Source: Candidatus Daviesbacteria bacterium
Lineage (GTDB): Bacteria > Patescibacteriota > Microgenomatia > Daviesbacterales > UBA10151
Direction of reading: 5' to 3'
NCBI GenBank assembly: GCA_016176335.1
Contig: JACOXI010000004.1
Location: 18,303-82,302, forward strand
Length of the DNA: 64,000 bases
Numbering within the stretch: position 1 is the stretch's first letter; every line of letters begins with the position of its first letter. Shown here one piece after another: positions 58,189-64,000 of this stretch. The notes beneath the pieces are model-generated. The model saw only the letters and a program-made list of their open reading frames with translations. It did no database searches and had not been told where the DNA came from. The position numbers and the translations under genes are program-made.

Positions 58189-59961
58189 TTGATCAATCTG
58201 AACATAATAGGTATATACCCCTACCGTAGACGGTTCGGGCTACTGCTTATGGCAACACAACCTGCTCAAAAAAACAGCACAATAGAAGATATCCTTTTTC
58301 AAAAAGGTTTGATTACTGCGGATCAATTATCGGCAGTAAAGCTTGAAAGCATCAATTCCGGTCAGAGCGCTGATCAAATCTTAATTCAACACAATCTTTT
58401 GCCGGTTGACAAAGTTACTGAAGCCAAGGCGCAACTTTTGAACGTACCCTTCATAAAATTGGAGGGAAAAGCTATCTCCTCCGATGTCCTCAACCTAATT
58501 CCTGAACCGGCTGCTCGTCGTTATACTATAATCCCTTTTGAAAAAAACGGTGATGAGTTGTATGTGGCAATGGCAGATCCTTTGGATATTCAGATCAGCC
58601 AATTTATTGAAAAAAGAAGCGGTAAAAGAGTCAAACCGTTTTTGGCCATTCCCGGAGATATTTTAAAGGCCATTGGTGACCAATATTCCCAAAATCTGAC
58701 TTCGGAGGTAACCTCTGCCTTAAAAGAGGTTCAATCGGTCAAACCGGAGGAGCAGTTGGAAAGTGGACCGGAGGTTATAAGAGAAGCACCGGTTTCCAAT
58801 ATAGTCAGCCAACTCATGGAGTATGCCATCAAAACAAGAGCTTCGGATATTCATATAGAACCGCAGGAAGATCGGACCAGGGTTAGGTATAGGATTGACG
58901 GGATTCTGCATGAAAAGGTGCTGCTTCCCAAAGGAGTGCATGACGCTGTTGTATCCAGGATTAAGATTTTATCAAACTTAAAAATTGACGAAAGAAGACT
59001 ACCCCAGGATGGGAGATTTACCTTTGTTTATGGTGAAAATGAGGTTGATCTTCGTATATCCACGATCCCGACTGTTTTTGGAGAAAAGATTGTGATGCGG
59101 CTTCTACCTAAATCCACCGGTGCTCCCAGTCTTTTGGAATTAGGCTTAAGAGGGATCTCGCTAAAGAATTTGGAGTCGCAGCTTTTAAGAACACACGGTA
59201 TTATTTTAGTGTGCGGGCCCACAGGATCCGGAAAAACAACCACCCTTTATTCGGTTTTGACCAAAATCTCCACAACAAAAGTTAATGTGGTGACAATCGA
59301 AGATCCTGTTGAATATCAGATTACTGGAGTTAACCAAGTTCAGGTAAACCCTCAAGCCGGGCTTACCTTTGCCTCGGCCCTGCGCTCCTTTTTGCGACAG
59401 GATCCAAATATAATCATGGTGGGTGAGGTAAGGGATGCGGAAACTGCAGATTTGGCAATTCAGGCGGCTTTAACAGGTCATCAGGTCTTCTCAACAGTTC
59501 ACACAAACTCTGCATCAGGTGCTCCCCCAAGGCTTTTGGATATGGGAGTTGAACCGTTTCTTTTAGCTTCCTCTTTAAACGCGGTTGTAGGACAGCGGGT
59601 TGTCAGGAAGATTTGTCCAAAATGTAAAGTGGAGTTTGCGGCAACATCTGAAGTATTGGAAGGTATTAAATCGGTTTTGGGTAATGTGATGCCCCAGTCA
59701 GCAAAAATGGGAGTCAAGCTATATAAAGGACAGGGGTGTGACTTCTGCGCCCGCACAGGATATTTGGGCAGAGTTGGAATTTTTGAAGTTCTAATAACAA
59801 ATGAATCTATCTCAAAACTGATACTGGAGCATGCATCTTCTGGCTCCATAGAAGGAAAGGCGAAAGAAAACGGGATGATAACTATGAAACAGGATGGTTT
59901 TTTGAAAGTTCTAGAGGGAATTACTACCTTGGAGGAGGTATTAAGAGTAGCGCAAGACTAG
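58189..59961 (+). CDS. pilB: Type IV pilus assembly ATPase PilB / GspE family
   Basis: N-terminal GSPII_E_N-like domain. Walker A GPTGSGKTTT, Asp box, Walker B, His box. Tetracysteine CPKC...CDFC. True start may be the ATG at 58249. Confidence 0.85.
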   Translation: MINLNIIGIYPYRRRFGLLLMATQPAQKNSTIEDILFQKGLITADQLSAVKLESINSGQSADQILIQHNLLPVDKVTEAKAQLLNVPFIKLEGKAISSDVLNLIPEPAARRYTIIPFEKNGDELYVAMADPLDIQISQFIEKRSGKRVKPFLAIPGDILKAIGDQYSQNLTSEVTSALKEVQSVKPEEQLESGPEVIREAPVSNIVSQLMEYAIKTRASDIHIEPQEDRTRVRYRIDGILHEKVLLPKGVHDAVVSRIKILSNLKIDERRLPQDGRFTFVYGENEVDLRISTIPTVFGEKIVMRLLPKSTGAPSLLELGLRGISLKNLESQLLRTHGIILVCGPTGSGKTTTLYSVLTKISTTKVNVVTIEDPVEYQITGVNQVQVNPQAGLTFASALRSFLRQDPNIIMVGEVRDAETADLAIQAALTGHQVFSTVHTNSASGAPPRLLDMGVEPFLLASSLNAVVGQRVVRKICPKCKVEFAATSEVLEGIKSVLGNVMPQSAKMGVKLYKGQGCDFCARTGYLGRVGIFEVLITNESISKLILEHASSGSIEGKAKENGMITMKQDGFLKVLEGITTLEEVLRVAQD

Positions 59962-60035
59962 GGGTAAGGGTAAACCGTAAAGGGTAAAGAAAAAAAATAC
60001 TTTCCCCTTAACGTTTCACGCTTTACCCTAACATT

Positions 60036-61088
60036 ATGAATATTCAGCAGCTTTTAGAATTGACCATGGCAAGAAACGCATCAGATCTGCACCTTTCAGT
60101 AGGGTACCCCCCCATTCTTCGGATTCATGGTGATTTGATTCCTGTTCCCGGCGAATCAATTTTAACCCCTGAACAAGTAGAAACTATGATCTTTTCTCTT
60201 TTAACAACAGATCAAAGAAATATCTTTAATCAGTCATTCGAGTTTGATTTCTCATTTGAATTTGAGGGTAAAGCTAGGTTTAGAGTTAATATTTATAAGC
60301 AGAAAGGGTATAATGCTGCTGCTTTAAGACTAATTCCTTTTAAGATTCCCCCCTTAGAGCAATTGGGTTTACCCACCGTTGTTGAGCAACTGGCTGGTTT
60401 GAAACAGGGTTTTATTTTAGTGACAGGGCCAACAGGACATGGAAAATCCACCACTTTGGCATCTTTCATAAGCAAAATAAACTTTGAAAGAGCTGTGCAT
60501 GTAATAACTATAGAGGACCCGATAGAGTATGTGTATCCGAAGGCTAAGGCTTTAATTGAACAAAGGGAGATGTACAAAGATACAAGATCCTGGGGCAATG
60601 CGCTACGTTCTGCTTTAAGGGAGGACCCGGATGTAGTTTTAATTGGAGAAATGCGGGATTTGGAAACAATTGCCTCTGCCATGACTATTGCCGAAACAGG
60701 CCATTTGGTTTTTGCCACACTTCATACCAATTCCGCCGCTCAATCCATTGACAGGATCGTTGATGTTTTTCCGGAAATTCAACAGCCACAAGTCAGACTG
60801 CAACTGGCAGCTACTCTTGAGGCCATTCTTTCTTTGAGATTGGTTCCCACCATTGAACCGGGCAGGACTTTGGCAGCGGAGATTCTGATTGCATCCTCTG
60901 GAGTAAGAAATATTATCAGGGAGGGAAAATCTCACTTGATTGATAATCTTATTGAAACTTCAGCAGAAATGGGGATGCAGATTCTAGAGCGGTCTCTTGC
61001 GGATTTGGTAAAGAAGGGAAAAATCTCCCCTGATGTGGCCTTACGTTTTGCCCAAAGACCGGAACTTTTAAATAAGTTACTTAGGTAA
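60036..61088 (+). CDS. pilT: Twitching-motility (pilus retraction) ATPase PilT
   Basis: 350 aa. Walker A GPTGHGKSTT. PilT-specific AIRNLIREGK-like motif IIREGKSHLI. Confidence 0.85.
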   Translation: MNIQQLLELTMARNASDLHLSVGYPPILRIHGDLIPVPGESILTPEQVETMIFSLLTTDQRNIFNQSFEFDFSFEFEGKARFRVNIYKQKGYNAAALRLIPFKIPPLEQLGLPTVVEQLAGLKQGFILVTGPTGHGKSTTLASFISKINFERAVHVITIEDPIEYVYPKAKALIEQREMYKDTRSWGNALRSALREDPDVVLIGEMRDLETIASAMTIAETGHLVFATLHTNSAAQSIDRIVDVFPEIQQPQVRLQLAATLEAILSLRLVPTIEPGRTLAAEILIASSGVRNIIREGKSHLIDNLIETSAEMGMQILERSLADLVKKGKISPDVALRFAQRPELLNKLLR

Positions 61089-61109
61089 CTTAAGCTGCTT
61101 AACTCAAAT

Positions 61110-62312
61110 ATGGCTGAATTCATTTATAAAGCAAGGGATATGCAGGGAGCAGACCACACTGGGGATATCAAAACTCCCGATATCCGTTCTGCAGCAACGC
61201 TCTTGAGAAAAAAAGGGTTGATAGTTATCTCAATAAAATCTAAAGGTGTCCCTTCCGTAAAATTTTTGGATAAATTTTTAAACAGAGTTAGTTTCACGGA
61301 GCTTGTTATTATCACCAGACAACTGGCCACAATGATTTCTTCGGGTTTGGTTTTATCAGAAGCCGTAGATATATTAGAGGAACAACAAACCAATAAAACT
61401 CTGAAAAAGGCCCTGGAAGAGATATCCCAAGATATAAAAGGAGGTTTAACGCTTGCCCAAGCTCTAGGTAAGTATCCTGATATCTTTCCAAAACTTTATA
61501 TAAATTTGGTTAAAAGCGGTGAGGCTTCCGGAAAGTTGGATCAGGTGCTTTTGCAAATGGCTGACGGGTTGGAAAAAGAAAGGGAGTTTAAAGCAAAAAT
61601 AAAGGGGGCAATGATTTATCCGGCAGTGGTTTTAGGAATGATGCTGGTTGTTATCACAATAATGATGGTTTTTGTGATCCCGAAGCTGGTGGCTTTGTAT
61701 GAGCAATCTACCATAGAATTACCTCTCCCCACCAAGATTTTGATTTTCACCTCCAATGCATTTATTAATTTTTGGTGGCTTGGCCTTATATTAATTATTA
61801 CAGCTTCTATAGCGCTAAACAGGTGGAATAAAACAGCGGAAGGCAATTTTTTCTTGGGTAAATTTATACTTCGGCTGCCAATTGTCGGGAAAATAGTTAC
61901 CAACGTTACTTTAACCAACTTTAATAGAACATTCGGCCTTTTAACTTCCGCAGGTATCCCCCTTTTGGAATCAATAGGTATTGTGTCGGATTTGACTGAT
62001 AATCCCATCTTTAAAAAAACCTTGAAAGATGCTTACGCGGGAGTAGAAAAGGGACTACCTTTTTCTTCTCTTCTGACCGTGAGTGTTTTCCCTCAAATTG
62101 TCGGGCAGATGATAAGAGTTGGAGAAGAAACAGGGAAAGTGGATGAAATATTCTTAAAGCTTGGGGATTATTTCGAATCGGAGTCAGATCACCTGATTAA
62201 AAACTTGACTGTTGCCATAGAACCGCTTGTGCTTATAATTTTGGGGGTAGGAGTGGCGTTTTTGGTGATATCAATAATCTTACCCATTTATAAGCTCACA
62301 ACTTCGTTTTGA
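61110..62312 (+). CDS. pilC: Type IV pilus inner-membrane platform protein PilC (GspF family)
   Basis: Two GspF repeats each followed by TM helices: LATMISSGLVLSEAVDIL and LLTSAGIPLLESIGIV. Confidence 0.85.
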   Translation: MAEFIYKARDMQGADHTGDIKTPDIRSAATLLRKKGLIVISIKSKGVPSVKFLDKFLNRVSFTELVIITRQLATMISSGLVLSEAVDILEEQQTNKTLKKALEEISQDIKGGLTLAQALGKYPDIFPKLYINLVKSGEASGKLDQVLLQMADGLEKEREFKAKIKGAMIYPAVVLGMMLVVITIMMVFVIPKLVALYEQSTIELPLPTKILIFTSNAFINFWWLGLILIITASIALNRWNKTAEGNFFLGKFILRLPIVGKIVTNVTLTNFNRTFGLLTSAGIPLLESIGIVSDLTDNPIFKKTLKDAYAGVEKGLPFSSLLTVSVFPQIVGQMIRVGEETGKVDEIFLKLGDYFESESDHLIKNLTVAIEPLVLIILGVGVAFLVISIILPIYKLTTSF

Positions 62313-62445
62313 GCTTGCGAGAACGTCGCTACTATTGAAATCGTTGCTTCAATAGTGACTTTGTTCTCTAAAGTTGACCACCTCTTTTTAATTTTGCTTT
62401 TTCGCCTCTTGACGAAACATAATTGTTTGTGAATACAATGGAAGG

Positions 62446-63018
62446 GTGAAACGTTTGAAAGAATCTGCTCATGTTCGATATTTGGGTTTTACCCTTGTTG
62501 AACTGTTGGTTGTTATTGCAATTGTGGCAATTTTGGCAGCGGTGGTGGTTCTCATTATTAATCCATTAGAGCTGACCCGTAGAGGTCGGGATGCGGCCAG
62601 GTTAACTGATTTGGCCAACTTGCAAAGTGCCATAAATATAGCAGTTCAAGAGTCCACTGGTGCGGGTGCAGTGGCAGTACTCTGCAGCGGTTCCGGCACA
62701 TACCCCTGTAACGGATCAAGTAACATAGGCACAAGAGTATCAGATGGGACTGGTTGGGTGAAAGTAAACTTAAGTTCTCAAAAGAGTGTATCACTACCAA
62801 CTTTGCCAGTTGATCCAGTCAATAATGCTACCTATCACTATGCTTATTGTGCCAATAATGATGCATGGGAAATTGATGCGGTTTTGGAATCGGATCAGCA
62901 AAAAGGCAGGATGGAATCAGATGGTGGTAATGAAAATGCCACTGATACAGGAGGTCGTTATGAGGTAGGTTCTAATCTGACCTTAATTGCTGCATCAGGT
63001 GGGAGTTGTACTTATTAA
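62446..63018 (+). CDS. Type IV pilin (prepilin with class III signal peptide)
   Basis: Leader MKRLKESAHVRYLG followed by FTLVELLVVIAIVAILAAVV, the G|FTLxE cleavage/methylation motif. Confidence 0.75.
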   Translation: MKRLKESAHVRYLGFTLVELLVVIAIVAILAAVVVLIINPLELTRRGRDAARLTDLANLQSAINIAVQESTGAGAVAVLCSGSGTYPCNGSSNIGTRVSDGTGWVKVNLSSQKSVSLPTLPVDPVNNATYHYAYCANNDAWEIDAVLESDQQKGRMESDGGNENATDTGGRYEVGSNLTLIAASGGSCTY

Positions 63019-63941
63019 TGTGGTGGGGATCAGCAGGTTTTGTCATTGGTACAATTTTAGGGAGTTTTGTTAAGGTGCTGGCTGATCGGAGTTTAAACAA
63101 CAGGTCTTTTTGGGGAAGGTCATACTGCCCTAAGTGCAAACATCAATTGCACTGGTACGATCTTATTCCTATTGTTTCATATATTAACCTTACAGGTAGG
63201 TGTCGTTATTGTAATAAAAAGATAGGTTCAGAATATATCCTGGTTGAAGTGGTAATGGGTGTTTTGGTGGGTTTTCTCTTTTGGCAAAGCTCATCAAATT
63301 TTCAATTTTCAATTCTTAATTTTCAATCAATACTTAATTTTCAATTTTCAATTTTTTTGCTGGAACTGGTTCTTAAAACTTTTTTTGTCGTCATACTTTT
63401 GGCGCTTTTTATTACGGATTTTAAAAAAATGCTTATTCCCGATAGGATTATCATTCCGTCCATAGTTTTAGGAATAATAGCCAACCTACTGCTTGTTTTT
63501 TTAAAAACAGGTTATCTTTATTTTTACCTTTCCCAAAATATAATTGGCAAGTTTCTTCTCCCCCCGCACAGTGACTATTTCAGGAGGCATGCTCTGATGA
63601 TTGCGGAGCCTTTTTTGTATTCTGTAGTTTTGGCCATGGCAATTGGCGGATTTTTTTTAAGTTTGATCATTATTACCAAAGGTAGAGGAATGGGAGGCGG
63701 AGATGTAAAATTAGGTATATTTTTAGGGTTGATGTTAGGTTTCCCCCAGGCTGTTTTGGCAATGGTTTTGGCGTTTATTATCGGTGCTGTCTTTTCCATA
63801 TTCTTAATACTTTTAAAGAAAAAAAGATGGGGTCAGATAATAGCTTTTGGCCCTTTTTTGGTTTTGGGAAGTTTCATTACTCTTTTTTGGGGCAATCAGA
63901 TTTTAGAGTGGTATCTGCATATACTACTGCCTGCTACTTGA
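63006..63941 (+). CDS. pilD: Prepilin peptidase PilD (A24 family), carrying an in-frame heptamer-repeat insertion
   Basis: N-terminal zinc ribbon CPKCKHQL...CRYCNKKI and catalytic Asp regions. NFQFSILNFQSILNFQFSIF is encoded by (ttttcaa)-type repeats at about 63295-63355. Confidence 0.8.
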   Translation: MYLLMWWGSAGFVIGTILGSFVKVLADRSLNNRSFWGRSYCPKCKHQLHWYDLIPIVSYINLTGRCRYCNKKIGSEYILVEVVMGVLVGFLFWQSSSNFQFSILNFQSILNFQFSIFLLELVLKTFFVVILLALFITDFKKMLIPDRIIIPSIVLGIIANLLLVFLKTGYLYFYLSQNIIGKFLLPPHSDYFRRHALMIAEPFLYSVVLAMAIGGFFLSLIIITKGRGMGGGDVKLGIFLGLMLGFPQAVLAMVLAFIIGAVFSIFLILLKKKRWGQIIAFGPFLVLGSFITLFWGNQILEWYLHILLPAT

Positions 63942-64000
63942 CAAAGAATTAATGTTATGTAAATGTTAAAGTAACATTATTTAATTTATGTTATGAACAA

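Overview
This 64-kb window is low-GC bacterial chromosome, gene-dense on both strands, with about 70 protein genes and one tRNA. The gene content (Mur ligases, DNA gyrase, type IV pilus genes, a four-helix-bundle protein, many short repeats inside genes) is consistent with a small-genome Patescibacteria/CPR-like bacterium; that lineage call is inference, not a database result.

Main blocks, 5' to 3':
- 1-10.6 kb: a thiol-redox and metal cluster. It holds an ArsR regulator, thioredoxin-like proteins, a CcdA-DUF3179 fusion, a DsrE-like protein, a pyridine-nucleotide-disulfide oxidoreductase and two small Cys/His-rich ORFs.
- tRNA-Leu(CAA) at 10675-10757 on the minus strand.
- pepN, with a Fic-family gene inserted between direct repeats that duplicate the pepN 3' end.
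- Housekeeping genes: efp, galU, lgt, dksA-like, rluA-family, a CPA2/KefB-like antiporter, a RelB/DinJ-RelE/YafQ toxin-antitoxin pair, an LCP protein, yebC and ruvC.
- About 880 nt without any ORF, followed by a 7-kb segment bounded by two XerC/D-type tyrosine recombinases. This segment encodes a 1151-aa Cys-rich surface protein with Ig-like repeats, a dockerin-like motif and a C-terminal HExxH domain, plus two membrane-anchored cohesin-domain proteins.
- A P-type ATPase, gyrA, def, ddl, an AT-rich islet with an SDH-type ClpP-fold peptidase, murF, an amino-sugar glycosylation cluster (DegT/FdtA/GT2/ArnT-like), murD, murI, murC, gyrB and holB.
- A type IV pilus cluster (pilB, pilT, pilC, pilin, pilD).

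The most striking signal is the cohesin-dockerin surface module between the two recombinases. The window also carries several families of short repeats: CAAAT-based modular hairpin repeats, ttttcaa heptamer tandems, and GC-rich palindromic mini-insertions. These sit between genes and also in-frame inside essential genes (gyrA, def, murC, a xerD-like gene, pepN, rluA, pilD).

No rRNA genes or CRISPR arrays were found. Every call is by eye from the sequence and the supplied ORF track; no searches were run.
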